A stretch of 64,000 bases of DNA from Candidatus Bathyarchaeota archaeon (GCA_963733095.1 CAVTBV010000012.1:416001-480000), one strand, 5' to 3'. Shown: positions 21,001-30,950, counted from the stretch's first letter. The notes: generated by a model from the sequence alone, not told the origin. Numbers and translations: made by a program.

Positions 21001-21113
21001 ACGATTTTGTGGTAAGCAAAAGCATCCATCATTCGATCAAAGAACATGTTGAACTGTTTGCGGTCGGTGCCAATTGCTTTTCCCCAAGCTCTTTCAAAAA
21101 TGTCGTTAGACAA
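18093..21113 (-). CDS. Soluble multi-PAS histidine kinase
   Basis: At least five PAS/PAC repeats (DITERK); H-box GHDIRNPL; NAVQA, DTGVGI, FTTK, GQGLGL; no transmembrane segment. Confidence 0.93.
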   Translation of the reverse strand: MSNDIFERAWGKAIGTDRKQFNMFFDRMMDAFAYHKIVLDKDGKAVDYVFLEVNDAFEKMTGLKKEQIIGKKVTEVLKGIENDPADWIGTYGKVALTCESIIFENYAEPLQKWYKISAYCPEKGYFVALFEDVTERKKAEDALRQSEERFFKAFNKSPAAVIITRLVDGRYIDANETFLKMFEYKRDEVIGHTSSELNIYSSKNGWREFLEIFRKENGIRNLEMTFRTKTGKLVPTIISVEKISLQGEDHILTTLVDITRRKTVEEALRQSEQRWSTTLSSIGDAVIATDMEGKVTFLNIVAEKLTGWNLSEAKQQPLKRIFNIINENTRQEVENPVVKVLEKGIIVGLANHTVLIRKDCTEVPIDDSGAPIRNKDGKITGVVLVFRDITERKKVQEKIAQQAFMIENANDAIIGYDLNQKVTFWNRAAEHLYGFKAEEALGKSGADLLKGVYANTTREKLVYKLSTDTHVETESVRQTKDGRFRNVEAHVILLRNEMNKPIGYVSVDRDITERKKTEAAIQRQAALIDLTPDAIIVRKLDGTITFWSKGAEKLYGWTKDEAIGKTTHQLFDTKFPHHIQNILSELNATKHWSGELVHKTKDGQDVTVQSWWLAEETEHEEIQSILESNVDLTERKRAEKEISRLASFPTLNPNPVFEVDFNGNITYANPATKLFFPDLEVLGIDHPFLSNWQETVEYFEDKTKHNLGKEVKVADHWYHVQFYHVPETQQIRIYTVDIDELKIAEEARIKAQIKLEENAILLEEYANQMEELANQRAQQLKDAERMAAIGQTAGMVGHDIRNPLQAITSDMYLITEEVKTMKDGDSKQAIFESVESVTENLNYINKIVSDLQDYTRPLKPNLQIVNLTELIEGTLLTINVPRRIQVITDVKDNAKPIMTDIAYLRRILANLMTNAVQAMPNEGKLTIKAYKKNDTTIVTVEDTGVGIPEHVKTKMFTPLFTTKSKGQGLGLAVVKRLVESLKGNILFESEENKGTKFTLEFAEKST

Positions 21114-21332
21114 GTCTCATCCCTTGATTGTATTAGAAAGTCTCATTGTTGCGATATAAAAATACTTCAGTTCATTTGATTCTTGTTTTTTTGGCTATAA
21201 CTCAGCAACCGTGCCGAAGCTATAATGGCAACCTATACCTATGTTTTTAAGGTCAGTTTTTGTATTTTCTGGCGATTCTGGATAATTCTTAAATCGTTAA
21301 ACTGTATTCACAAACAAGGTAAGGTGTAAAAA

Positions 21333-22268
21333 TTGGCACAACAACCAAGTTATAAAACAGTTTTCGTTTTCCTAGACACAGACAAATATTGCAGTCCATT
21401 CGACATGCTCGTAGCCATAGACGCATTCCCAGACTCCATGATATTCAAATACGAAAACGTCACAGGCGAAGACGCACCAAAAATCGTATTCGACCTACTG
21501 TTCCCACGAGGACCGGAAGGAGCAAAACACACCAAAGTCTTCATCAACGGCAGCAACTTTGAAATGGTAGAAAAAGTCGTCGAAGCAACACAGAAAGCCA
21601 TGAAGTCAGCTCCATGGGGAAACAGCATCATCGTTGACCCACGAGGCGGATACTCAACGGCCGCAGCCGCAGTGGCAAAAACCTTCGGAGCAGCAATGGA
21701 GAAGGGCTTTGGATCCTTAGAGGGCAAAAAAGTTGCAGTTTTAGCAGGCACAGGACCAGTCGGGCAGACCGCGGCAAGAATCTATGCTGCAGAAAAAGCC
21801 AACGTAACGATCACAAGTCGCTCACTTGCAAAAGGTCAAGTCGTCGCAGACAAGATTAACCAAGAATGCGGCGCAAAAAGAGTCACAGTTGTGGAAGTCA
21901 CAAAACCTGAACAAACAGTCAAAGCAATCGAGGGCGCAGAAATTGTTCTCTCAGCAGGCGCAGGCGGAATCCAACTGCTATCAGCAGCAGATCTAAACGC
22001 GAGCCCCACATGCAAAATCGTAGCAGACATAAATGCTATTAAACCACTGGGTGTTGAAGGTTTAGCTCCAAACGACGACGGAAAAGAACTCAAAGCGGGC
22101 GTTTACGGCATAGGTGCATTAGCCATCGGCAAACTAAAAATCAAGACCGAAACAGAAATGATTAAACGCGCAACCGCCGAGCCATCAGGACTCTTTGACT
22201 ACGCAATCGCATACACTATCGCTAAAGACCAAATTCTAAAGAAACTAGCAAAAGCAGCTGCCAAATAA
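21333..22268 (+). CDS. mtd: NAD(P)-dependent methylene-H4MPT/H4F dehydrogenase (MtdA/B/C family)
   Basis: SPFD..AIDA, FPRGP, DPRGGYSTAAA, LAGTGPVG, DINA..PLG, GALAIGKLK. Confidence 0.85.
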   Translation: MAQQPSYKTVFVFLDTDKYCSPFDMLVAIDAFPDSMIFKYENVTGEDAPKIVFDLLFPRGPEGAKHTKVFINGSNFEMVEKVVEATQKAMKSAPWGNSIIVDPRGGYSTAAAAVAKTFGAAMEKGFGSLEGKKVAVLAGTGPVGQTAARIYAAEKANVTITSRSLAKGQVVADKINQECGAKRVTVVEVTKPEQTVKAIEGAEIVLSAGAGGIQLLSAADLNASPTCKIVADINAIKPLGVEGLAPNDDGKELKAGVYGIGALAIGKLKIKTETEMIKRATAEPSGLFDYAIAYTIAKDQILKKLAKAAAK

Positions 22269-22306
22269 GCAGCTAAATTTTATCTTTTCTTTTGAACAAT
22301 AAAGAG

Positions 22307-22410
22307 TGCGGTTGCCGGGATTTGAACCCGAGTGTTCAGCTTGGGAAGCTTACACGGTGAACCAGCTACTGGAAACACCTTGATGTCCTACCGAACTAGA
22401 CTACAACCGC
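22307..22410 (-). tRNA. tRNA-Gly(CCC) with a 31-nt intron at non-canonical position 29/30 (intron 22350-22380)
   Basis: Acceptor GCGGTTG/CAACCGC, T-loop TTCAAAT; after splicing the anticodon arm reads TCAGC-TTCCCAA-GCTGA; BHB motif at the junctions; mature length 73 nt. Confidence 0.92.
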
Positions 22411-22503
22411 AAATGTCACCTGCGAAGTCGCGGTAGCTATTGCATAGGGATGGTTCATTTGATATAGAAACTTTGCTATCAACTTACATGATGGATTGCT
22501 ATG

Positions 22504-23337
22504 TTACTTTATGATCCTGTCAACGTCTATACTAAACCCGTTGTTGGTGAGTTCTCGGATGAGGGAAAGTTTCCAGCTGTCTCGGTCATCAAAGGGAGTA
22601 GTTTTTAGGCCTTCAAAATAGGGAACTTCAAAACCATTGCACTCCCTAAAGAAAATAAGAACCTTGTCCTTGCCAAGCTTTCCTGACAGAAAACCAAGTT
22701 GAAAAACTACTTTCTGCTTGGGGCTCAGCTTGCGTTTTGTGGGTGCCTCATCTTTACCATAAACATAATCGTCTGGCGAGAGCAAAACCAAAGCAAAGCC
22801 TACGTCCGCATAGTCTTTAAAGTGTTCAACGATTTTTCTTCCCTGACTGGGCTCTTCACACAATACGACAGGCACAAGCCCTATCCTTGTCAAAGCCCAA
22901 GTGATAGCCTTCTTCATCTCGTCGTCTTCACCTGAAACAACAAAAATTCTGCGGCTCATGCCGCTCATGTCAGATACAACGGATTGGGTGGGTTCTGTAT
23001 TTTTTTGGGATGTGTACAAAAATTTTTCTGTACAGAGGTATGTGCCTTTTATTTTAGATTTAAGAAGGTTTTCGAGGAGGTATTTTTTGTCTTTTGCCGC
23101 GACGAGTTTTTCTTGGTTTGGTAGGGTTAGTTTGTCGGCTGTTTGGTAGGACCAGAAGAGGACGGCTTGGGTGACTTTGATGGGGTTTAGAAGTCTTCCC
23201 ATGAACCAGAATGGTTGGCCTGCAGTAAAGGGTGTGGCAAAGGTGCGTACAAGTTCTTCTTGGGTCACGTTGAAACGGATACCGGATTTTTCGGATTCAG
23301 CGTATTCTATGTATATGTGGTATTTGGGCGCTTGCAC
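22504..23337 (-). CDS. TIR-like domain nucleotide-binding protein (CAP12/Pycsar-TIR-like) with altered catalytic motif
   Basis: RIFVVSG, PVVL.E, DVGFALVLLSPDD, QKVVFQLGF..GKLG. GTG 23337 chosen as start; the ORF extends to 23451. Confidence 0.8.
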   Translation of the reverse strand: MQAPKYHIYIEYAESEKSGIRFNVTQEELVRTFATPFTAGQPFWFMGRLLNPIKVTQAVLFWSYQTADKLTLPNQEKLVAAKDKKYLLENLLKSKIKGTYLCTEKFLYTSQKNTEPTQSVVSDMSGMSRRIFVVSGEDDEMKKAITWALTRIGLVPVVLCEEPSQGRKIVEHFKDYADVGFALVLLSPDDYVYGKDEAPTKRKLSPKQKVVFQLGFLSGKLGKDKVLIFFRECNGFEVPYFEGLKTTPFDDRDSWKLSLIRELTNNGFSIDVDRIIK

Positions 23338-23473
23338 ATTAATCAGAGTTAAAAACTCAGAATAGCACAAAAACTTTGCCTTGCCAAACAATATTAGATT
23401 AGGATTTTCAGGTTTGCAAACAAAATCGTTATGAGACAGCAGCCTACACATTTAGCGTGCAGGAGAAAATGCC

Positions 23474-24556
23474 ATGCTCAAAAACTACACTTATGATGAT
23501 GCAGGGGTAAACCGCAAACAACGTGTTGAATCCAAAAAGCAGCTAAAAAAACTCCAAGAAACTTACAAGCACAGCCAATTTAGCGGCGTAATGCATCTGC
23601 CTTATGGAAACATATTTCCCATATCCGAAAACACGTTTTTGGACATGGTCATCGAGGGCGTGGGCACTAAAGTCCTCGTTGCAGAATTAGCACAAAAATA
23701 TGACACTATAGGCATCGACGCTGTTGCCATGGCAGTCAACGATGTTATCCGTTCAGGCGCCAAACCCCTTGCGATAGCGGATAATATTCATGCGCAAGAA
23801 AGTAGACCTGAACTTGTGAACGCTTGGCTTAAAGGAATCATTCAAGGCGCAAACGAATCTGAGTGCCCGGTCACTGGTGGCGAAACAGGTGATGTGGCAG
23901 AAATAATAAGTGGCATAGCTGAAAACGCTGGGTTCGACATGGTTGTGTCCTCGGTGGGCATGGTTAAGAGGCAAGAAATCATAACGGGTGAGGACATCAA
24001 AGCGGACGACCCTATCATCGGTTTGGCCAGCAGTGGCGTTCACAGCAATGGCCTAACGTTGGTTAGGAAGGTTCTATTCAAGCAATGGGGGGGAAAATAC
24101 GAATCGACGGACATTCCGGAGGGTTTGGATAGGGAAGTGGCTCTTGAAGTGCTTGAGCCCACAAAAATCTATGTTAAACCGCTCTTGAAACTCGCTCGAG
24201 AAGTAGAAGTTAAGGCGGCAGTTCACGTAACAGGCGACGCTTATATGAAATTTAACAACCTAGCCAACTATTCGCCGGGCATAGGCTTTGAATTTAACAA
24301 TTTTAAGCCTAAACCAATCTTTGGCTTAATACAGAAGACTGCAGCTGAACTGGGATTTACCATAACTGATGAGGAGATGTTTAAAACCTTCAACATGGGC
24401 TGGGGCTTTGGCATCATAGTGGACAAAACAGACATCGACAAAGCTATGAAAACCCTTGATAAGGACAGCCTGAACCCAGAGATAATAGGGAAAGTTACGG
24501 GTAAAGAAAGAGTTGTGGAAATAGAACACAAGAATAAACGTATGATTTTAACGTAA
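23474..24556 (+). CDS. purM: AIR synthase
   Basis: TYDDAGV, EGVGTK, GGET, SSGVHSNG, HVTG, TFNMG. Confidence 0.93.
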   Translation: MLKNYTYDDAGVNRKQRVESKKQLKKLQETYKHSQFSGVMHLPYGNIFPISENTFLDMVIEGVGTKVLVAELAQKYDTIGIDAVAMAVNDVIRSGAKPLAIADNIHAQESRPELVNAWLKGIIQGANESECPVTGGETGDVAEIISGIAENAGFDMVVSSVGMVKRQEIITGEDIKADDPIIGLASSGVHSNGLTLVRKVLFKQWGGKYESTDIPEGLDREVALEVLEPTKIYVKPLLKLAREVEVKAAVHVTGDAYMKFNNLANYSPGIGFEFNNFKPKPIFGLIQKTAAELGFTITDEEMFKTFNMGWGFGIIVDKTDIDKAMKTLDKDSLNPEIIGKVTGKERVVEIEHKNKRMILT

Positions 24557-24614
24557 AGTATTGCGTTTTTCTTGACGAAAGCGTTTAAATCCAAAGTGAT
24601 TAATTTAAAGACTT

Positions 24615-24866
24615 ATGAAATACGCTGCAAAAATTGAGGTCAGCCTCAAACCCGGACACAGCAACCCGGAAGGCGAAACTACTGCACGTTTACTTATGGA
24701 ACTCGGCTATAAGGTCCAAGCGGTGGACGTCAGCAAAGTCTACACCGTACACCTCGACGCCTCAACGCTAAGTGAAGCTAAAACTAAGGCGGAAGAAATG
24801 AGCAAACGCCTATTGGCAAATCCAACCAAAGACAACTACACTATAAACGTCGTTGAAGAAAAATGA
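24615..24866 (+). CDS. purS: FGAM synthase subunit PurS
   Basis: LKPG..NPEG and LLANP; precedes purL. Confidence 0.92.
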   Translation: MKYAAKIEVSLKPGHSNPEGETTARLLMELGYKVQAVDVSKVYTVHLDASTLSEAKTKAEEMSKRLLANPTKDNYTINVVEEK

Positions 24867-27250
24867 ACCCAGACCTCTACACTCAACGCAAAAACAGCTT
24901 AGTTTATGAAGTCCCTACGGCAAAAGCCACAGAAAAACAACTCGCCGAAGTCAACAATGAACTAGCTTTAGGCTTTAGCAGTCAAGAACTCAAAGAAATT
25001 CAGGCTTATTTTAAAACAGAAAAGCGCAACCCAACCGACGTCGAACTCCAAACCATCGCTCAAACATGGAGTGAACACTGCTGCCACAAGACCTTCAAGG
25101 GCAAAATCCAACTCGACGACAAAGAAATCGACAGCCTCTTCAAAACCTACATCGCCAAAGCCACCAAACAAATCAAGTCGCCATGGTGTGTCAGCGTGTT
25201 TGAGGACAACGCGGGCATCATCAAGTTTGATAAGGGGTACGGCATAGCAGCAAAGGTGGAAACTCATAATCACCCCTCAGCGGTGGAGCCTTTTGGTGGA
25301 GCGGCAACGGGTGTCGGCGGTGTAATCCGCGACATTTTGGGCGTTTGGGCTGACCCAATCGCGTGCACTGACGTTTTGGGGTTTGGTCCATTAGATTATG
25401 ATTACAAGAAGCTTCCTCCAGGCGTTAAGCATCCAAAATACGTTTACATGGGTGTAACCGCGGGCATCAGCGCCTACGGCAACAACATGGGCATCCCAAC
25501 AGTAAACGGCGCCATATACTTCGATGACTCCTACACAGGCAACGTCATCGTCTACTGTGGCTGCATAGGACTCCTACCTCTAAACAGGTACGCAAAACAC
25601 GCCAAAATCGGAGACATCGTCGTTTTGGCAGGAGGCAAAACAGGACGTGATGGTATCCACGGGGTAACCTTCGCATCCGCAGAGCTCACCGAGAAATCGG
25701 AGGAAATCTCGCGACCAGCCGTCCAAATCGCCGACCCAATCGAAGAAGAAAAAGTCAAACGCGCCATAGTAGAAATTCGGGACCTTCAACTTGCCTCTGC
25801 TGTCACCGACATCGGCGGAGGAGGCTTATCATCAGCTGTCGGCGAAACAGCCGAACGGTTCAACTGTGGAGTCACCGCGGACTTGGCAAAGGTGCCCTTG
25901 AAGTATCAGGGCTTGACGCCATGGGAAATCTACCTCTCCGAATCCCAAGAACGCATGTTAATCACCGTGCCCCCAGAGAATTTGGAGCGAGTTTTGGCTG
26001 TTTTTGAAAAAGAAGACGTTATTGCAACAGCCATCGGAACCTTAACCACCGAGAGAAAGCTCAAACTTACTTACCATGAAGAGGTTGTCAGCGACATAGA
26101 CATGACTTTCCTCTTCAACCCCTGCACCAGCAGCAAAGCTGCAACCATCGAAAAACCAAACCTCACCGAACCAGAATTTCCCGAACCGACAAACCTCACC
26201 GAAAACCTGCTGCAACTTCTCGCAACCCCAAACATCGCCAGCAAAGAAGCCATCATACGCACATATGACCACGAAGTGAAAGGCAACACCACCCTCAAAC
26301 CCCTGCAGGGCGAGTATGCTGGACCAAACGACGCAGCCGTGCTAAAACCGCTGGATGACTCGCTGAAGTGCTTGACGATTTCTTGTGGCATGAACCCCAA
26401 CTATGGGAAGATTGACGCGTATTGGATGGCGGCTTCAGCAATCGATGAAGCAATCCGCAATAACATCGCTGTTGGGGGAAGGAGAATTTCACTTTTAGAT
26501 AATTTCACTTGGGGCAACCCAGAGAAGACCGAGCGGCTAGGCTTATTAGTTCGCGCCTGTCAAGCATGCTACGACTTCGCGGTGGCATTTAAGGCGCCGT
26601 TCATTTCAGGAAAGGACAGCCTCTACAACGAGTCGCCGTTGGGACCCGTAACTCCGACATTGCTGATTACCGCGGTTGGGGTAATTCCTAACATCCAATC
26701 CACCACTTCCATGGACCTCAAATCTGCAGGCAACTATCTCTACCTCATCGGAGAAACATTCAACGAACTTGGGGGCTCCGAATATTACAAACTCAAAGGC
26801 TACCTTGGTGCGAGCGTGCCCAAAGTGAGGGGTGCAAAAGCCAAACGCACCTTCAAAGTCGTAACCAAAGCCATCGACGAAGGCTTAGTCAAGTCATGTC
26901 ATGACCTCTCGGAAGGCGGCTTGGCAGTAGCTGCGGCTGAGATGGCGTTTGCAGGAGGCTACGGCTTAGAACTTGATCTTCGCAAAGTGCCAGGCAAAGA
27001 ACTAACCCGAAACGATTTTGCGTTGTTCTCCGAATCCAACAGCCGTTTCCTAATCGAAGTGTCGGAACAGGACAGGGGACTCTTTGAGGAATTGATGTGG
27101 GGGAAGAGTTGTGTCCAGATTGGCAATGTGACCAAAGAACAGAAGCTTGCTGTTAAGGGCTTAAATGGAAAAACCGTGATTGACGCATCACTTGAGACGC
27201 TTAGGCGCAGTTGGAAGAAAACTCTCAGCCCTGAGGAGGAATCACAATGA
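24863..27250 (+). CDS. purL: FGAM synthase subunit PurL
   Basis: WSEHCCHK, ETHNHPS, GRDGIHG, SESQERM, HDLSEGG. Confidence 0.96.
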   Translation: MNPDLYTQRKNSLVYEVPTAKATEKQLAEVNNELALGFSSQELKEIQAYFKTEKRNPTDVELQTIAQTWSEHCCHKTFKGKIQLDDKEIDSLFKTYIAKATKQIKSPWCVSVFEDNAGIIKFDKGYGIAAKVETHNHPSAVEPFGGAATGVGGVIRDILGVWADPIACTDVLGFGPLDYDYKKLPPGVKHPKYVYMGVTAGISAYGNNMGIPTVNGAIYFDDSYTGNVIVYCGCIGLLPLNRYAKHAKIGDIVVLAGGKTGRDGIHGVTFASAELTEKSEEISRPAVQIADPIEEEKVKRAIVEIRDLQLASAVTDIGGGGLSSAVGETAERFNCGVTADLAKVPLKYQGLTPWEIYLSESQERMLITVPPENLERVLAVFEKEDVIATAIGTLTTERKLKLTYHEEVVSDIDMTFLFNPCTSSKAATIEKPNLTEPEFPEPTNLTENLLQLLATPNIASKEAIIRTYDHEVKGNTTLKPLQGEYAGPNDAAVLKPLDDSLKCLTISCGMNPNYGKIDAYWMAASAIDEAIRNNIAVGGRRISLLDNFTWGNPEKTERLGLLVRACQACYDFAVAFKAPFISGKDSLYNESPLGPVTPTLLITAVGVIPNIQSTTSMDLKSAGNYLYLIGETFNELGGSEYYKLKGYLGASVPKVRGAKAKRTFKVVTKAIDEGLVKSCHDLSEGGLAVAAAEMAFAGGYGLELDLRKVPGKELTRNDFALFSESNSRFLIEVSEQDRGLFEELMWGKSCVQIGNVTKEQKLAVKGLNGKTVIDASLETLRRSWKKTLSPEEESQ

Positions 27251-28065
27251 ACACTGAAGAAATCAAAGTTTGCGTAATGCGTGTCGGCGGAACCAACTGC
27301 GATGCTGAAACCCAACGTGCGTTCCAAGAGTTGGGCGTTCAGGCGGAAGTAGTTCATGTTAACGAGTTAATCAAACGCCGCAACCTGCTGGATTATTCGG
27401 CGCTGGTTTTTCCAGGCGGCTTCTCCTTTGGAGACTACGTGCGTTCAGGCGTTATATTTGCACGGCACCTATCCACTAACTTAGCTAAAGAAATGGAAAC
27501 CTTCATCGATGAAGGCAGACCAATTCTGGGAATTTGCAACGGCTTCCAGATCCTTGTCGAGTACGGTTTGCTTCCAGGCTTCAAAGGCATGAGCACCTAC
27601 CCCGAAGCAACATTAACCACCAATGAACCTACAGGCTTCAAATGCCAATGGACCTACCTTAAACAAGAAAACAAAGGCAAATGCCTATTCACAACCAAAA
27701 TCCCAGCTGGAAAAGTCATCAATTTACCCATCGCCCATGGCGAAGGCAGACTTCTGTTCCCCAAAGAACAAGAACAGGCGTATCTAATGAAGCTGATTGA
27801 TGAGGACATGTTGGTTTTCCGTTATTGCACAAAAGAAGGCCAAGTAGCCGACGGCAAGTACCCAACCAACCCCAATGGCTCATTTTATGATATTGCTGGC
27901 ATCTGCAACAAAGAAGGAAACATATTCGGTTTGATGCCCCACCCCGAGAGGGCAATGTTCTGGTGGCAACAACCCGACTGGACACACCAACAGCAAATGC
28001 TCCAATACGGCGATGGAAAACTAATCTTCCAAAGCATTATTGATAAACTAACCAAGAAATGCTAA
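27247..28065 (+). CDS. purQ: FGAM synthase glutaminase PurQ
   Basis: GTNCD, PGGFSFGD, GICNGFQ, AHGEG, MPHPER. Confidence 0.96.
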   Translation: MNTEEIKVCVMRVGGTNCDAETQRAFQELGVQAEVVHVNELIKRRNLLDYSALVFPGGFSFGDYVRSGVIFARHLSTNLAKEMETFIDEGRPILGICNGFQILVEYGLLPGFKGMSTYPEATLTTNEPTGFKCQWTYLKQENKGKCLFTTKIPAGKVINLPIAHGEGRLLFPKEQEQAYLMKLIDEDMLVFRYCTKEGQVADGKYPTNPNGSFYDIAGICNKEGNIFGLMPHPERAMFWWQQPDWTHQQQMLQYGDGKLIFQSIIDKLTKKC

Positions 28066-28962
28066 GTCCTTGGCATACGGTAATCCCGCGCGGGCTCCCA
28101 TAGTTATGACGCTTCTGGAAGCTACAAAATTGCCCAACTGCCCGCACTCATATAGGCTTTTTTCGTGGATTAAACCGTAGAGGAAGCCAGCGCAGAAAGC
28201 ATCTCCCGCTCCGGTTGTATCGACTACTTTTACTTTGAAGGATTCCACAGTTAGTCTTTCTTGGCCGTCTGTAACATAGCAGCCTTTGCCGCCAAGTTTC
28301 ACCGCTACAATTTTGACCCCCATAGCAATCATATAGTCGGCACCTTTGCGGTAGTCTTCTTCGCCAGTTAATTGTTCAAGTTCGACGGCGTTTGGCATAA
28401 AAACATATGAATTTCGAATTATCGGTTCAATTATCGCAAAGCCTTTCTGTGCATACAATGAGCCTGGATCAAAACTGATTTTCACGCCGTCAGGCAAGGC
28501 GCTTAAGAGCTTTTTTTGTGCACGAAAAGATTTCTCACCCACAAAAGAAGACAGGTGCAGAAATTTAGTTTGAGAAACGTATTCCCATTTTATTTCTCTG
28601 GGCTCGACTTGGTCGTTGACGCCTGAGTTTATGTAGAGGGCTCTTGCACCTTTTCGGTCTACAAAACCCATCACCGAACCGCTCCTGCCTTTGGTTGCCT
28701 CAACTATGCCGTTGGTATCGACGCCTTCGGTTTTGAAGCAGTCGAGTTGCATTTTTCCTTCTCTGTCGTTGGCGACTTTTCCTATAAAGCCCACTTTACA
28801 GCCGAGCCTAGCCAACCCAACAATCGCGTTGGCGGCGGAGCCTCCGCAGGCTTCCTTGTAATCTTCGATGAAGCTTTCTTCTTCTGCAGTTGCAAGCTTG
28901 TCTACTTTAAAGAGCATATCAACGTTGAGTGCTCCAAACCCTATAACATCAAATTTTGTCAT
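28048..28962 (-). CDS. PfkB/ribokinase-family kinase (EhaT-like)
   Basis: [20 protein letters not shown]; ATGA overlap with the ftr-like gene. Confidence 0.9.
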   Translation of the reverse strand: MTKFDVIGFGALNVDMLFKVDKLATAEEESFIEDYKEACGGSAANAIVGLARLGCKVGFIGKVANDREGKMQLDCFKTEGVDTNGIVEATKGRSGSVMGFVDRKGARALYINSGVNDQVEPREIKWEYVSQTKFLHLSSFVGEKSFRAQKKLLSALPDGVKISFDPGSLYAQKGFAIIEPIIRNSYVFMPNAVELEQLTGEEDYRKGADYMIAMGVKIVAVKLGGKGCYVTDGQERLTVESFKVKVVDTTGAGDAFCAGFLYGLIHEKSLYECGQLGNFVASRSVITMGARAGLPYAKDLAFLG

Positions 28963-29867
28963 ACAAACAACTCTTTTAATGGGATTTTGTGTTCACCTAG
29001 TTTGCCGCCATAGTTGCCAGCAGAAACCTTCACAATGCCATCTATGTCTAAAATGGCTTTGATTCCTGTTTTGGTGGCTTCTTTAACAGCGTCTAAAGAA
29101 ATACCGTCGAAAACGATTTCGGCGATGTATCCGACGCCTTCTGGAACCTTAGATTCATTGCCTAATCGGGATTTAAGCGAGGGACAATAAAGGTAGTTTG
29201 TTGTGGGACCTATTTTAGGAAAATGTGTTTCTGGCTTGGACCCAGCTGAACAAATGTCAAAGGTTGTTACCACGCCATGCACCTTGTGAATTGCCCGTAA
29301 TGCTTTGGCGCCCGCCTCGTTAAGTGCTTGCTTTGATGTACACATTATCCAAAAGTTGCCGCCCATAACACCCTTAGCGTAACCCAGATAGCGTTCAATG
29401 ACGAAGTCTGGAACCATCAACGGCACAACAATGACGTCTCTACCAAACCTTTTTTCAACCCATTCATACCCATCGCCGCAGTGCCCCACGCTCTCCATCA
29501 TGTCTAGTTTGCCCTCAGCTCTCGGTAAAGCATCGAAAACGGCGGTGAAGGGTTTAACGAGTATGTCTTGGCGAATACGGTAAGAGAGTTCTGTTTCGAA
29601 TTTTTTTAGTGATTCGGCAAAGCTTTTTTTTGGGTTGATTTCTCCCCAGAACTGCAAGATGGCGCCCACCCGTTTGTCTGGGGTTTCGTTTGGGGTTAAG
29701 TATTTTTCAACTCCGCCCTCAGTTCTGCCAATGACAACGGATGGCGTTGCGGTGGAGTCTTCGGCTGCCTTACGGAGGGTCTGCTCATCGTCGGCAGTAA
29801 CGATTACTCGACAATAAATCCCCGTAAACGCTTCAGCGTAGGTATCTTCAATTTGTGCTTTACCCAT
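28959..29867 (-). CDS. Formylmethanofuran:H4MPT formyltransferase-like protein (divergent Ftr-II/EhaS type)
   Basis: [34 protein letters not shown]; diverges from canonical Ftr at [12 protein letters not shown] and [12 protein letters not shown]. Confidence 0.88.
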   Translation of the reverse strand: MGKAQIEDTYAEAFTGIYCRVIVTADDEQTLRKAAEDSTATPSVVIGRTEGGVEKYLTPNETPDKRVGAILQFWGEINPKKSFAESLKKFETELSYRIRQDILVKPFTAVFDALPRAEGKLDMMESVGHCGDGYEWVEKRFGRDVIVVPLMVPDFVIERYLGYAKGVMGGNFWIMCTSKQALNEAGAKALRAIHKVHGVVTTFDICSAGSKPETHFPKIGPTTNYLYCPSLKSRLGNESKVPEGVGYIAEIVFDGISLDAVKEATKTGIKAILDIDGIVKVSAGNYGGKLGEHKIPLKELFV

Positions 29868-30950
29868 TTAACCAAGTCTCCCGACAGCTACTCCGCGAAC
29901 CTTCTTCCTAAACGCACTGCTCTCTTTTATGAGTAATTCCATATTTTTGGCTGTAACTATTTGAACTTTGAGCAAGGAATCAGAGTTTGTTGGAGAGAAT
30001 TGTTTTAGCAGAGTCTCGGCAACATTGTTTTTCTTGAGGGATTCATAGTTCCATGAGCCAAGGGCTTTTAGGGTTTGTTCTTTTCCTAACTTGCAGAACA
30101 AGTCAGCTATTGCGGCGGTGACAAGGTTACTTTCAGATAGAACAGCCACTTCAGCTTCCCTCACTGCATAATTGTTACCGTTAAAAGATACAGTTAAGCC
30201 TCCGTTGTCTCGAACCAGTTTGAAGGCTTCCACATCAGTTATGCTGTCGCCCATATACATCACATCACCCATTTCTAAACCTAAGCGTTCCACTACATCT
30301 TGAATGGCTTCAGCTTTCTGTTCCCCACCAACGGTTACAACATCCGTGAGGAACTTGCCCACGAACATCTTGGGAATTAAGCTCCAGAAAATCTCATCCA
30401 GTCGCTGAATTATGGCTTGGTCGCGGCTTGAAAAATCCTCAATGGTTTTTGCATTTGAGGGAATTTCTATTAAGGGCATTTGTGCGATTTCTTGCGCTAT
30501 CTCTCTCAGGTGCTCTTTCTCTTGGGGGGTTATGGGGCATTTGTCGAGTCTTACTTTGGTACAGTAGGTGTTTTTGTATGGGAAATCGACTGCTCTGCAG
30601 AAGGCTTTTATGTAGTGTTCGTAGCTGGTGCTGACGATGAAAGAGTCAGCTATGGCTTGCACATGGTGGAGTGTGGCTTGGCTGTTGGCGATTAGAACGA
30701 TGTTTTTGGCTGAGAAGTCTTCAATTTGGCTGTCAGTCATGCTATAGGCTTTGAAGAAGGGCAAAATCAACTTGAGCGTGCTGCCCGCGGAGTAACCAGG
30801 TTTCTTAAACGTATCTGCCAGTACATCATCGTAGAGGCTTATGTTTGTGAAGAATTTGTCTCCGTTTGGAATAAAGTTCTCTGCCAATTCGAAGGCGTTA
30901 TCGTTTTTGGATATGGGCCCTTCGCAGTCGGAGACGAAGACACGTTTCAA
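29868..30950 (-). CDS. HAD-superfamily hydrolase (EhaR/COG4030-like)
   Basis: FVSDCEGPISKNDNA, STSYEHY, YMGDSITD, SFNGN; TTG start overlaps the purD TGA. Confidence 0.85.
   Translation of the reverse strand: MKRVFVSDCEGPISKNDNAFELAENFIPNGDKFFTNISLYDDVLADTFKKPGYSAGSTLKLILPFFKAYSMTDSQIEDFSAKNIVLIANSQATLHHVQAIADSFIVSTSYEHYIKAFCRAVDFPYKNTYCTKVRLDKCPITPQEKEHLREIAQEIAQMPLIEIPSNAKTIEDFSSRDQAIIQRLDEIFWSLIPKMFVGKFLTDVVTVGGEQKAEAIQDVVERLGLEMGDVMYMGDSITDVEAFKLVRDNGGLTVSFNGNNYAVREAEVAVLSESNLVTAAIADLFCKLGKEQTLKALGSWNYESLKKNNVAETLLKQFSPTNSDSLLKVQIVTAKNMELLIKESSAFRKKVRGVAVGRLG

Noticed and set aside
22307-23451. Integrated element at tRNA-Gly
   Set aside because: No integrase and no duplicated tRNA end (att site) were seen; the flanks are housekeeping genes.
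29868-30950. Energy-converting hydrogenase Eha
   Set aside because: Only the EhaR-like HAD and its neighbours are present; there are no hydrogenase or membrane subunits.
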